From Marsupella aquatica (taxonomy: Eukaryota; Plantae; Marchantiophyta): 64,000 bases of DNA. The stretch lies in assembly GCA_973895155.1 (NCBI GenBank), contig OZ316894.1, positions 8,952,234 to 9,016,233 of the forward strand. Reading direction: 5' to 3'. Of the stretch, positions 51,327-63,722 are shown piece by piece. The position numbers and the translations under genes were made by a program. Under the pieces are notes generated by a model, which was given only the letters and a program-made list of their open reading frames with translations, ran no database searches and was not told the origin of the DNA. Each line of letters begins with the position of its first letter. Positions within the stretch are counted from its first letter, which is position 1.

Positions 51327-51486
51327 GAATTGCTACAGAGGAATTCGAAGGAAAGCGTCTTTCTTTGCTGGATTCAGAAGAAGTGGATTGCTACAGAGGA
51401 ATTCGAAGGAAAGCGTCTTTCTTTGCTGGATTCAGAAGAAGTGGATTGCTACAGAAGAATTCGAAGGAAAGCTTCTTTCTTTGCTT
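51327..51486. repeat. 58-bp tandem repeat x~2.7
   Basis: ATTGCTACAGAGGAATTCGAAGGAAAGCGTCTTTCTTTGCTGGATTCAGAAGAAGTGG at 51329, 51387 and 51445. Confidence 0.95.
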
Positions 51487-52140
51487 ATGGGCGTTCCCGG
51501 CTAGCTCCGACCTGTGACATGTCACAGGTGTACGCGTGTACCATTGTTGCCTTGCTGTGTCACGGATTGAGAGCCATGTGGACCTCTGTCAAGTATCTCC
51601 ATAAACCCTCTTTGTAACTGTTACGAACTTTTAAGTAGTTTGTCACTAAAAATGGTTTTTAATTATTTTGCCACTAAATATTTGTAATCATTGTGGCAGG
51701 TTCTGCTTAGTGACCCTCTTATGCGGCTTAGTGACCCTCTTATGCGGTTTACTCCGACGAGGCTTTAATTTCTGTTCTCCGTTTAGTAGGGTGTTCGCCT
51801 TCACGGCTCTTTTGTAGTTTACTTTTTTGTATTTGTTTGTTCGTAGTCTTTTGGTTGGGGACCCCTTGACTTGTTTTTCTTGGGGCACTTTTCACTCTTT
51901 TCCTCCCCTTCAGTGGGCTGCTTTGCCCTTGGGACCATGTTTACCAGTTCGGCATTTTTTGCCCTTTGGTATTGTGATATACTAGTGTTACTAACTAACT
52001 TTTAGTTTGTCATTAAAAATGGTTTTTAATATTACTTTGCCACTAAATTATCTGTAATTAACAATAACCCAATTTTTTTCTGTATAGAGATAACCAGCTT
52101 ACCGACCCGCAAAAAAACCCTGGCATATTCATCAATACAA

Positions 52141-52275
52141 TTAGTTCGTGGACCTCTTGAACTCCTGAAAGTTCACCTTCCCATTACCGTCCGCATCGAC
52201 TCCCTTGATCATCTGCTGACACTTTTTATAACTATGTCCTTCTTTCATGCCCAGGCTCCTCAACACCATCTGCAT
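52141..52275 (-). pseudogene. Calmodulin-like (CML) C-terminal EF-hand fragment
   Basis: Minus frame MQMVLRSLGMKEGHSYKKCQQMIKGVDADGNGKVNFQEFKRSTN* with a canonical EF loop DADGNGKVNFQE. The upstream EF-hands are missing and stop codons precede it. Confidence 0.75.
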
Positions 52276-54512
52276 GTAGACGAGCTAGGCCCTTATTGAA
52301 CCCTGCTAAACTTGCTTCTCTTTCGTTCGCTCGTGCCTCATGCGTTGGACAATCTAAAAGTAGCGAGAGGCATCACCGAGTTAGGAGCTGCAATGATGAC
52401 GCCATGGAAAGGAGTGCTGAGTGATCCAACATAGAATCATGTCCACTTCTTCCTTCGTGGCAGCAGAAGGTCGAGAAAATTGTCACGATTACTTTGTCAT
52501 CAGATCAACTTGCTGAGAGAGATTTAGTTATTATTCAATTGAAACACAATTCAGAATGCGGGTGGACAGCGGTTACTCAGGGTAAAAAACACGGAAGGTG
52601 TGCCTCCTACTAATTGAACAATTTGTTACCTAGGGTAAATAAAATGGTTACTTTTGAAATATTTTACATCAAGGTTTACGGTATGGCGTCCTTCAATTTT
52701 ACCAAAATCCTGCCACAAACACGAATATTGAAGAAAATTTATTTTCTAAAACAATCCGTACCTGTTTGTAGCGCGTCATGATGATGTGGCGCGCTGTGGA
52801 GTCTCAAATTTTGGAAGGGACCTCTAGTGGGGTCCGTAATAAAAATAGTGACAATATTATAAACTGGAATATCTTTGATGAGACTGTATTGAGAAGCCGA
52901 GTAGTGTGATGATGATGTTTGCACAAAGAGTAATTAATAATTCAGAATTTGAGTTGTAGAAAAAACTTGAGATTATAAAGCCTGGATGGAGGGAGTGGTT
53001 GGCCTTGTTGTGAAGCCGGATGGATTTCCAAAGGTGGGATGGTTTACTAGAGAGTAAATTGTTGCTCATATACAAACTATGGAGGGTGTTCTTCACAAAA
53101 GTAGTAATTCACCATCCATTCCCAAATTACTTGGAATGAGTAGTTCTTCACAAAAGTGGATAGTCAGTTGGCAGTTGGTTATCATGTTTGGTCATTTTTG
53201 AGCTCATCAGAAATGGAGTAAATGATTGTAGAAAAATCTCAAACTTTGTCAAGTAATAGATTGGACTGAAGAGATCTCTGATGCATTGACAAAATTTGAA
53301 CTTAAATATGGATCCAAAAGTTGTCCAAATAGATGCATGCAGAAGTCCAAAAACCAATACTTTAGAGACCTTGCTTTGTCTAAGTGCCTAGAAACATATT
53401 AGGGGCACCCATCTCAAGAGTGAAGGTTCCTTCCAAAAGCAACTGGTCACATTTTCTGGCTGATGACTTTTCGCATCCCATGGGCAAGACAAACTTCTCC
53501 ATCCATCCAAGCTTTAGATATTATTGTCCAATAGCCTTGGCAAACCTTGAAAAAACAAATTCAATACATATTTTAGGAATCTTCTTAGCTAGCATGTTAT
53601 GTATAACACTAGCTCAATAGGTGTGCCTTGCATTGAAGATGTAGTTGTTAGAAATATGCTATTGCATATGAGATGTTATAAGTTGCAAAAATGATATCCA
53701 CATGCAAAAGTTGTACGTCATTGTTATTGTGTACTTGAGCTAGGGTCTCACTATATGAAGGCTTCCCCATCACCTGCAACGTAGAGAGGATGTTCTGGAG
53801 ATATAGTGGGTGCCGGCCTTAGCTCCAACTTATGGCAAGGCCACGCGGGCCCGGGAGATACTATCTGCTGACCTACTTACTTACACCTGTGAGCTTGAGT
53901 CAAGACAAATGATTGTTCATGATGGGGATCCTGGATCATGATAGGTTACTTACTTAAATGTGTTTGGTTGCCTATGCAAACTGTGAGGATCGTTGAACGA
54001 TGGTCGTGTTAGGGAGCAAGTGTGCGCAGCTTTGTATGGGAGATGCCGCAGCTAGCTAGTGGGGATAGAGGCTCGAGTTGCTTGCACGAGGAGTTCCATG
54101 TAGGCATTTGGGCACAAATGGTAATTACACAAGAGTATTGTCTAGGATTGGTGAGGGCGTTGGGTGGCTAGCTAAGAGCATCTCCACCCGTTTGGGCGAT
54201 TATGGCCGCTATCGCCAAATTTTGCCTCTTCCTTTTTCAGGTCTGAAAGAAACGGGCCAGAGACCCGCGTTGCTCATCCCCACCCACACCCCCAAAATTT
54301 GGCCTCCATTCTATAACCGGGGGTTCGAACCAGGTGTTAATTTAAAGAACCCATGGTTGGACTTGAGAAACTGCCGAAACAGCGAAAACGTCAATGTCGT
54401 TTTTACAGAGTTTTGCGCTCAACACTCAGCTTTTGTAGGCAAATTTCGTGAGGCTTGCGATCAAAAGATTTCAATTGTGGATTGCATCACGTTTCACTCG
54501 CAACTGTTTGCC

Positions 54513-55820
54513 ATGGATACCAGAGAGACATGGAGAGATAATCTGCAAAAGTTCATGGAGGAAGAGGAAGAAATTTGGGACGAGGAAGACAGCTTCTGGC
54601 AGCAGATTCTCTTCAGTGGACCTTTGTCGATCGAGTCGTGCAACATTTCATCTTCAAGAAAGAGGAAGCATGGAGGGTCCCGACCAGGAAAAGCTGCAAA
54701 TCTTGATAGGAGGAGAGAAAAAGGTGCTGAAGATCTATATAACGACTACTTTGCTGAGCATCCCACATATGACGAGTTGAAATTCAGAAGGAGGTATCGT
54801 ATGAGTTCTAGGTTATTCAAAAAAATCCTCCCAGCAGTGTGTGCATATGATAAGTATTTTGAATTGAAATTTGATGCAACAGGACAGCCAGGTCTCTCTC
54901 CTCATCAGAAAATTACTGCTGCACTGCGGCAGATGGCATATGGGATAGGTGCTGATGCAATGGACGAGTATTGTAGAATTGCAGAAAGTACAGCCCTTGA
55001 GTCTTTGTATCGGTTTGTGAGAGCAATCAGACATTTGTATGAGCCTGTCTATTTGCAAAAGCCAACTGGGGAGGATTGGAGTAGAAATTTAGCCATCAAC
55101 CAACAGAGAGGATTTCCAGGGATGTTCGGGTCGTTGGACTGTATGCACTGTGAATGGAAAAATTGTCCAATGGCTTGGCATGGTCAATACCAGGACAAGG
55201 ATAAAGGCAAGTCTCTCATTTTAGAAGCAATTGCGGACCAGGAATTCTGGATTTGGCATGCATTTTTTGGGCTTGCTGGAGGGAACAATGACATCAATGT
55301 GCTGGACAGATCCCCTCTCCCCAATGAATGGTTGGCAAACGAGTCTCCCAATACCTCATTCCATGTTAATGGAGTAGAATCCTATTTGCTGGTGGATGGA
55401 ATCTATCCCGAGTGGGCTATGTTTATCTCTACTATACATTCACCACAATCTGAAAAATTGAGGCATTTTGCAAAATGCCAAGAGGGGGCCAGGAAAGATG
55501 TGGAGATGGCATTTGGAGTTCTACAGGCCAGATTCGAAATTGTCAAGAGGCCTGCACGATCATGGTTTGTGAGTAACCTCACAGACATTTTAATAGCTTC
55601 TGTGATCCTCCACAATATGATTTTGGAGGATGAGAGGCATGAAAATTTCACTCCCTATTTGAACATTCGTCCACCACCTCTCAAAAGAGGCTTGGTACCA
55701 TGGCTACAATTCTTGGAAGCCACAAGGCAAATCCATGACAAAGAAACACATTTTAAGTTAAGAAATGACCTCGTGGATCATTTGTGGATTTCAAAGGGTG
55801 CAGGGTACAGCAACTTTTAG
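54513..55820 (+). CDS. PIF/Harbinger DDE transposase, 435 aa, open frame
   Basis: LYNDYF, FRRRYRMS, QKITAALRQMAYG, RGFPGMFGSLDCMH, LEAIAD..WIWHAFFG, NNDINVL, YLLVDGIYP, QEGARKDVEMAFGVLQARF, LHNMILEDE. Confidence 0.93.
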   Translation: MDTRETWRDNLQKFMEEEEEIWDEEDSFWQQILFSGPLSIESCNISSSRKRKHGGSRPGKAANLDRRREKGAEDLYNDYFAEHPTYDELKFRRRYRMSSRLFKKILPAVCAYDKYFELKFDATGQPGLSPHQKITAALRQMAYGIGADAMDEYCRIAESTALESLYRFVRAIRHLYEPVYLQKPTGEDWSRNLAINQQRGFPGMFGSLDCMHCEWKNCPMAWHGQYQDKDKGKSLILEAIADQEFWIWHAFFGLAGGNNDINVLDRSPLPNEWLANESPNTSFHVNGVESYLLVDGIYPEWAMFISTIHSPQSEKLRHFAKCQEGARKDVEMAFGVLQARFEIVKRPARSWFVSNLTDILIASVILHNMILEDERHENFTPYLNIRPPPLKRGLVPWLQFLEATRQIHDKETHFKLRNDLVDHLWISKGAGYSNF

Positions 55821-56404
55821 TTCTGGTGGTTTTCCACTTCTTCAAGTTCTTTGGCCTTTGTAATTTGTAATTTCTGTATTGATTCAAGTACAGGTTACAG
55901 TCAAATCTTTCTCATTTTCTATCCTTGGCTGGTGAAGCTGCTCGATCAATCAAGGCTTGATGTGCTCATTCGAGGCTTAATCTAGGATGCCAGTTGCATC
56001 AAGGATGGGAGAGACCATGTCGAGGCTGGCTTCGTGATCTTGTTCGTGACTAATACTAAAGCTTTTCGTCTAAGGCATTTCTTCCATAGAATTAGGGATT
56101 GAGATTAGTTTTTTGAGTGGACTGAGCTCAAGGCCCTACTACCGTTGGCCGCTGCTCATTGTAATTGAGGACACCCCATGAATAAAAAAGTTTCCCTGAG
56201 TTTTATACTCCTTCATTTGAGCTCATTTGTACTTCCTGAATGCTAAATTCGAATTGAATGGTTCAAAATTGGAGACATTCATAAGACATGTGAACAAAAG
56301 GACAATAAAGTCCAATGCCAGTTTTTATTAGTCCATTTCAAAATACAACAAGCCCACCAGATAGGGGCGATTCTCTACAAAAAAATCAGAATTTGTACAT
56401 CTCA

Positions 56405-56790
56405 TCATAGCTGTACATGAACTAGTTCTTCATTTTCTCTCTCCTGCACATGGAATAGAGCTTCCAGGTCATGTTCAAGGTCCTCCTCTCCCACAGCAGC
56501 TGGAGCCGGTGGCACAAATGTAGGTGGACTCCGTTCCACTCCCTCTCTAGGTGCCACATGTGGAGATGGACTGCTTGCAGCTGCCATGTGTGGAAAATGT
56601 GGTGCTTGTGTGCTCAATGTTGCATTCTGCTGAGCAAACCGTTGCATCAATTTAATTGACTCTGCCAATTTCCAGTCATCCCACAACTTACGCATGTCTG
56701 CACTCATATTGTCAGTAGGAAAGCTCAACATAGCCAACATCAAATTGTTCTGGTATACCAGAGAACGCATTGTGTTTGCTGCCACTGTCG
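56405..56790 (-). CDS. Probable last exon of the Harbinger accessory ORF (Myb/SANT-type ORF1), rest missing
   Basis: 126-codon open frame convergent with the transposase inside the element. No Myb domain visible; the assignment is positional. Confidence 0.45.
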
Positions 56791-56899
56791 TGATAATTCA
56801 ATTATTCATGATGAAATCATTACCACTAAATATATTAGTAAGTATATAGGTTAGATTTATATTTTGTTACGGTGTTACTAAATAATTTAACTATTACGT

Positions 56900-57300
56900 A
56901 TGTGCATGCAAGGTAAGCAACTATGCAAACCACAAGTTGCATGCACAAATTGTTTGGATGCATGTACAAATTATTTTATTTGCATGCAATAATCATTTTA
57001 TTTGCATGCAAGGTGAGAAAACGTGCAAGCCACAAGGTGCATGCACAAATTGTTTTAGATGCATGCAAATTGTTTTATTTGCATGCATTAGTTGTTTTAT
57101 GTGCATGCAAGGTGAGCAAATGTGCAAGCCACAAGGTGCATGCACAAATTGTTTTAGATGCACGCAAATTGTTTTATTTGCATGCATTAGTTGTTTTATG
57201 CGCATGCAAGGTGAGCAAATATGCAAGTCACAAGGTGCATGCATGCACAAATTATTTTAGGTGCATGCATTAGTTGTTTACTTGCATGCATTATTTGTTT
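56900..57300. repeat. 99-bp tandem repeat rich in TGCATGCA
   Basis: GCATGCAAGGTGAG at 57004, 57103 and 57202; many CATGCA motifs. Confidence 0.9.
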
Positions 57301-57339
57301 TGATTGCAATAGTACTAGCACACATTCCTACGTTGGATG

Positions 57340-60300
57340 TGTGCCACTTGGCTTTCATCCAAGCATTTAGGCGTAATCCATGCCCTCTTGGATTCAATAT
57401 AAATAAAGTGGTGAGGGACACTCTCTCCTCATTCCCACATTTTGATAATTTTCGTGTCGAAGCGATCCTCTTTTCTTCTCTCATTTTTTTCTTCTATTCT
57501 TTGCCTTATGTACATAGTAGTGGGGCATCCTTTGGCCCGGATAGCAAAGGAATGAGTGGTAGACTTATAGATGGGACCTTAGGGAACAAGGTCTCTTTGG
57601 GAACTTAGGGGTGGGGCATCCTTTGGACCGGATAACAAAGAAACAAAAGAGTCATTATGAATCCAGGAGGGAGAGATATCCCTAATCTTCCCCTTTGTAA
57701 CCCATTTTTGGTTAGAGTCCATCTTTTAGACAAGCCATCTATGAGGCAACATTTAACTTATCACTTTGGAGTTCAATTTGCAGCTGCTGTTATGAGTTCT
57801 AATGAGCCAATAGTATACCCAGTAGTGTCTTATCGAGAGGAGTGGGAGTGCATTATCTTTGTCCTTTATTGAAGTCATGGATCTAAATAGGAGTCCAGAT
57901 GACATTCCTATCTCATTTTCTCTTGGAGATATTAGGATTGTATGTCGTAGAAAAATTAGTTTTCGAGATGTGTTGATCCGCAAGTATGGTGAAGTAGGAT
58001 TTAATAGTATATTAGTTTCACCTGAACCTTTCTTAATACCCACCACCCTTCTTACAAGAGTTATCATTTTGGTTTTAGTGTAGAACTTATGGGCATGCAA
58101 GGTTGACTTCATAAGAGCCAACATGCTCTTACCAAAAAACACGGTCACCCGGACATAAGTGGTGACCATACTGGGGAACCGCTGGATTTTGGAGTTAACT
58201 TGTGCATGTCTAAGTTTTGGTTGATAGAGAGAGATATGATTTTGGAACTATAAGTCCTTCAATTGTGAGTATATCATTAGTCAAGAGGGAAGAATTGCAA
58301 TCATGGGAATTGAGATTAATCCAACTGACATGGAGAGGTTTTCATCTTTGGTTGCTGCATACTTACATGGAATGAAGGAGAAGGAGATGGAAGAGAACAA
58401 GAAGAAGGAATTGCTTGGAAGGACCACCAAGTACTTGCACTCGGTCCTTACTAAGCAAGGAGAATTTGATGGGCGGAATGTGACAAGGTATCTTAAGGGA
58501 TACTGGACAGAAGCTACAATTCACAAGATTGATGCTGAGGTAGCAGTCAAGGAGTTTGTGTCTTTGGTGGAACCTGAACTCAAGGAAATTGTTGTTTCCT
58601 TGACAGAGGGAGCTAATGGAGAAAAGGCATGGAATATTTTTGAGGTGAGAATGAAAGAAGAATTTCAGCTGCAAGATCCAGATAGGGTCACCCAAGCATC
58701 TTTCCTTGATTGGGTGACTGACAGAAGTAAGAAGTTGGGACCTCAAGAGTTGATGAGGGAGTTTGTCAAGAAATTCAATCAGCTTCCTGAAGGTCCAGAA
58801 GGCTACTCTACTCATCCGAGCTGCTGATGAGAAGCTTCAGGATGAGTTAGAGCTTGCTCTTGAACTAATGAACCCAAGTCGTGGGGCTAATCAGCCAACT
58901 TGGGAGGAGGTTGAGACTGCTGTGCTAAGAGTCAGTCAAAAGCACAGAAGGAAGAAACTCAATCATGAAGGTGTTCTGGACACAGTAGCACCTGTAACTT
59001 CTATGAGGAGAGTGGAGAAGATAGAATCAACAATCGGTAGGGGTGAGAAGAGTGTGGACAAGATGGATGAGTTGTCTGAACTCATGAAGAATCTTACCAT
59101 TCTTGCCACCCAAGCTTTGGGATAAATTGGAGGCAACACATCGAGGCCACCATCAAGAGGTAGTGGAGGAGCAGGAAGTTCTATCGGAGGACCAAGAAGT
59201 TGGAATTGCATCTGGTGTGATAGCAAAGAGCACTCTAGAAGAGAGTGTGTTGAGCTGTCTGTTGCTCTAAAAGAAAGAATGGTTAAGTTTGTTGAGCATG
59301 ATGGCATAAGAAAGCTTGCCTACCATGATTCAGGTGAACTTATTCCAGTCAATGCCAACAAAGGTGGCATGAAGGTACTAGTGGAGAAGAGAATGGCTGA
59401 ACATCATAACTCAGCCATTGCTGCAGCTTATGGGGACAAGGGTGAACATGAAGCAGATGTCTACACTGTGTTTGGGGATCCTTCGTCAGTAGGATCCTCA
59501 GAGACAGATAAGAAAAGGCTGGCAGAGTTTGTAAGAAGGAAATCAGGATGGGATGATCCTGTTTTGATCTCTGCTTTTACTGCAGAAGTAGGGTCTCTAT
59601 GGGATTCTATGGTGAAGGAGAAGAGAAAGTCTGTGGAGCCTTTGGAAGAACGTGCTAGAGGAAAACAGAAAGTGGATTCTGGACCTTCTACTCCTAGGCC
59701 ATTACCTGATGTGCCAATGAGAAGGAGTGTTCGATTTGAGGACAGAGTAAGCACACCAAAAGAGTCTACTTCAACCCCTTCAAAGGAGCTGGAAGTAGTA
59801 AAAAAGGAGAAAGCAGAAAAGAAAGGACCTGGTTGGATACTTGGAAGGGATGTGGAGCAACACATAGAGTATGACCAGGTTGCTGACAAGTTTTGAAAAG
59901 CCACAGTGAGTGGAGTCACCATGAGGAGTTTTTTGCTTGCATGAACTCCAAAGCTCAAGATGCTTTACTTGCAAAGGTGAAGCGAAAAAGATTTTATAAA
60001 GAAGGACCTCATGCATTGGGAGCAGAGTTTTATTCTGAAGTTGAAGAGGATGGAGAAGGTTCATTTTCAAGAGCTAATACAGAGTGTCAAGTGTATCAAG
60101 TGAATGTTGAGAAGATTCCTGGACCACAGATGCTAGGGTTTTCAAAAGAGGAGATCCCTGGACCATAGATGCCAGGGTCTTCAAAGGAGAAGATCCCTAG
60201 ACCACAGATGCTAGGATTTTCAAATGATGAAGTTTCTGGACCACAGATGCCAGAGTCTTCAAAGGAGGTAGTTTCTGAACCAAAAATGTCAGAAGCTAAG

Positions 60301-63300
60301 CTATTGGACTTGGGAAGATGGGAATCATTGATGGGAGAAAAGTTTGACAAGTCACAAGAAATGGCAAAAATCAGTCAAGAGGAGGTACTCAAGGCTTCAC
60401 AAAGTGTGTGGGTCATGTGTGCCTCTACCATGAAGAATCTTGAATTGGGAGATGGCAAGGAGTCCATCTTGGAACCATTTTGGGCAAGAACTTGCTCAGT
60501 GGTAGAAGTGGAGCTTGTGGGGATGGAGGGCAAAGCCCGAGCATTGATTGATACTGGATCAGAGGTAAATCTAATGTCAAGAAGCATCTATGATCTTGGG
60601 CAATGGATGGTTGATTGTGATACCCAGTGGTCGGTAAACTCAATCAATCGTTCAAAGAATACACTTTGGGGAGGATGTCCAGGAGTTCCAGTGAAGGTTG
60701 GCAATGTGATTGAGCCAACTAACATCTTTGTGCATGATAGCTTACCCTATGAGTTGATTTTAGGGCAGCCCTACATTACTCAAGCTCGATTGGAATACAA
60801 GGTTTTGCCAGATGGTACTCATATGGCAAAGGTGAGGAGTCGAGATGATTTGCGGATTATCCAGTTTCCTGTGGTGAAACCTGGACATTGGAGGAACCGA
60901 AAGGAGTTGAGAGGACCTGAATCCAAGGAAGAAAATGAGGATTTCCGGAAGGCGTCTCGTTAAACAATGCGGGATGGCGGGGCGCCGTCTCTGATGACCT
61001 GCTGATGGCTTGGAATGTGAATAGGTTGTTGGCAAGCTCATTTGAAGGTGAAAGCTTGTATTGTCGAATTTCTTATGTAAAAGTGTGTGAAACTACTAGA
61101 AAATTCAAAAAGAAAATTGCGAGGATTGAAGATACTATGCAAATACATGGATTGCTAGAGGAATGTGAGGAGATTGAAGGCCTTCTAGATGAAGAAGGAA
61201 TGGTAGTCTCTTTGGAAGAAGTAATTGAAGGTCTTTCAGAGGGGAGAACTTTTATGGAAATCAGTCATGAGTTGTATGGTGAGTTATCTCAATTTGTTGA
61301 GGTCAACACCAAGTACAAAACGGTGGACAAGAAAGTGAGACCAGCGGCACTTCCTTTGCCTTTGGATGCTAAGGAGGTTCTAGAGAAGGCAAGGAAGGAG
61401 ACCAGTCTTAGAGATCGGACTAAGATTGGCCATAAATTCACAGAGGAGACCCTTAATCAACTAAGTATTGGCGATGATGGGCTGTTGACAAGGAGAGAAA
61501 GAAAGAAGTTTCGACAAATGATTGGTGAACATGGTAAGGCTTTTGCATTTTATCCTGAAGAGATGGGATGTGTGGATCCTAGTGTTGTTACTCCTATGGT
61601 GATTTTCACTGTCCCTCATATTCCTTGGGACTTGAAACCTATTCCGGTGCCAAAGGCTTTGTTGCCTAAACTTATTGATCTATTGAAGGAGAAACTTTCT
61701 ACTAGGATCTTGGAAAGAGCAGATGCACCTTATTCTAATCATTGGTTTACCATTCGCAAGAAAAATGGTAAACTTAGATTTATTCAGGATATGCAACCCC
61801 CCAACAAGGTTACTATTTGCAACACTAGAATAGGACCTATAGTTGATGAGTTTGCAGAAGAGTTTGCCGGTAGAGCCATCTATTCATGTGGTGACCTCTA
61901 TTCAGGCTATGATCAGTTTCAGTTGGCTCAAAGTAGCAGGGATATCACTACAATGAGGATACCTTTGGGGCTACTTCGCATGTGTACTTTGCCTCAAGGA
62001 GCAACCAATTCAGTGGCACACATGCAGAATGCCATGAATAAGGTACTACATCGTTTTATTCCAGAGAAGACTCAACCATTCCTTGATGATATGCCAATCA
62101 AGGGGTGCTTGGAGACAAAGAAGGATGAGAATGTACGAGAAGATGGGTTGCGACAGTTTGTATGGGAGCACATTCAGGATGTAAAGGCCATCTTGAAGAG
62201 ACTGATTGAGGTTGGGCTCACTCTTTTTGGAGAAAAATCTTCATTTGGACTCCGTGAAGTCCTGATTGTGGGACAGATTTGTGGAGTTGAAGGGAGGAGG
62301 CCAAATGAAGGAAAAGAGGATGCAATCAATCAGATGAAAGATTGCAGAACATCTTCAGAGGTGCGAAGATTTCTTGGTGCTTGCTTGTTTTACAGGGTTT
62401 GGATTCCACACTTTGCACATATTGCTGATCCTTTGTATGGATTACTAAGGAAAAATGTGCAATTTGTTTGGACTGAGGCACACAAAGAGGCTATGCAAAG
62501 ATTAAAGGAGGCATTACTTAGCCCCCTTGTTCTACGTCCCTTATGCTATGATGGGAGACCAATCATTGTTACTGTCGATTCAAGCCCTGATGCTGCTGGA
62601 TGGGCAGTAGGGCAAGATGATGAAGAGGGAAGGAGATTTGCATCAAGGTTTGGGGCTAAGGTCTTCTCAGCAAGACAAAGACATTATCCTCAAATCAAAC
62701 GAGAATTATGAGGTGCAAGAACAGCTTTGTGTCAAGAAAAGGTCTACTTGATTGGAGCACAAGTAATTCTTGAGACAAATTATTTACCACTTTTAGGGAT
62801 GATTGCTAATTGTGATACTCCAGATATTGCTATGCTATGTTGGATAGCTTTTATCAGAATGATCAATCCTGAGCTTCGGCACATTGCTGGAAAAGATAAC
62901 CCTGTAGCTGATATGCTGTCAAGAGCTCGATATGATCATACTGAGATAGAAGCAGTTCAAGTTATGAGTGGAGAATTTGAGGTTTTATAGTTGCAGGAGG
63001 AGCTATATTCTGGACAGTTGCTTTTGATTGGAAGGTACCTTAGTACTCTTCAAAGGTCTTTTGAATTGACAGATGATGAGTTTCAGCGATTACGGAAGAA
63101 GGCTTACAAGTTCATGCTGAAAGATGGTGTCTTATGGAGAAGATCTTTGAAGAAAGGACATGTTCCATGTAGAGTCCTTGACACTGAAGAGGAGAAGAAA
63201 AAGGTCTTGTGGGACTCTCATGATGCAGTTGAAGCAGGACATCGAGGAGTAAGAGCTACTTATGAGCGGATTCAGAGATGGTATTGGTGGTCAGGCATGT

Positions 63301-63722
63301 ATGTGGATGTGAAATCATATGATGGGTCTTGTAAGACTTGCCAATACTACTCTAAAGTTCGATTTAGAGATGGGCTTAATCCTACTAGTCCTTTATCATT
63401 ACATTTCAATGGGCAATAGATGTGGTGCACATGCCATTGGGAGTTAGAGGAGCAAAGTACCTTGTCCTTGCAAGAGAAGATTTATCTTCTTATGTGGAAG
63501 GAAGGGCTTTGACCTCTAATACTACTGAAGCAGTATGCAGGTTTGTACTTGAAGATATCATTGCACGTCATGGTTATTTTGTGCAAATGAGAGCAGATAG
63601 AGGAGAACTCAATTCGGATGAGGCTGCAGATTTTTTTGATCGATTCAACATCAAGCTCAAACTTACTACTGCCTACAACCCGGAAGGCAATGGGAAGATT
63701 GAGCGAGGACACCCATCAATTG
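57340..63722 (+). mobile_element. Degenerate Ty3/gypsy LTR retrotransposon (5' LTR end ~58155, gag-PR, RT-RH-IN)
   Basis: LTR end ...GGACA at 58155 followed by PBS-like TGGTGACCATACTGGGG; gag from 58303 with CIWCDSKEH..REC knuckle; PR ALIDTGSEVNLM; RT DLYSGYDQF, LPQGATNSV, FLDDM; RH VDSS; IN GHRG, RADRGE, YNPEGNGKIERGH. Multiple stops and frameshifts; LTR left end unresolved. Confidence 0.92.
61005..63722 (+). pseudogene. pol: Gypsy pol (RT-RNase H-integrase) with in-frame stops at 62709 and 62988, a frameshift near 63420, and truncation by an insertion
   Basis: ORFs 61005-62711, 62727-62990, 62991-63419 and 63422-63727 are collinear pieces. Confidence 0.9.

Larger units (their letters stand above)
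54176..57330 (+). mobile_element. PIF/Harbinger DNA transposon, left part; right part displaced by a nested gypsy
   Basis: TAA|GAGCATCTCCA left end at 54176, transposase, and a convergent second-ORF exon. No right TIR found in the window. Confidence 0.85.

Noticed and set aside
54078-54512. N-terminal 145 codons of the 580-aa transposase ORF
   Set aside because: It starts outside the TIR (54176) at a non-ATG codon; the real start is more likely ATG 54513.
56923-57273. Cys/His-rich ORFs suggesting metal-binding proteins
   Set aside because: Artefacts of the TGCATGCA tandem repeat.
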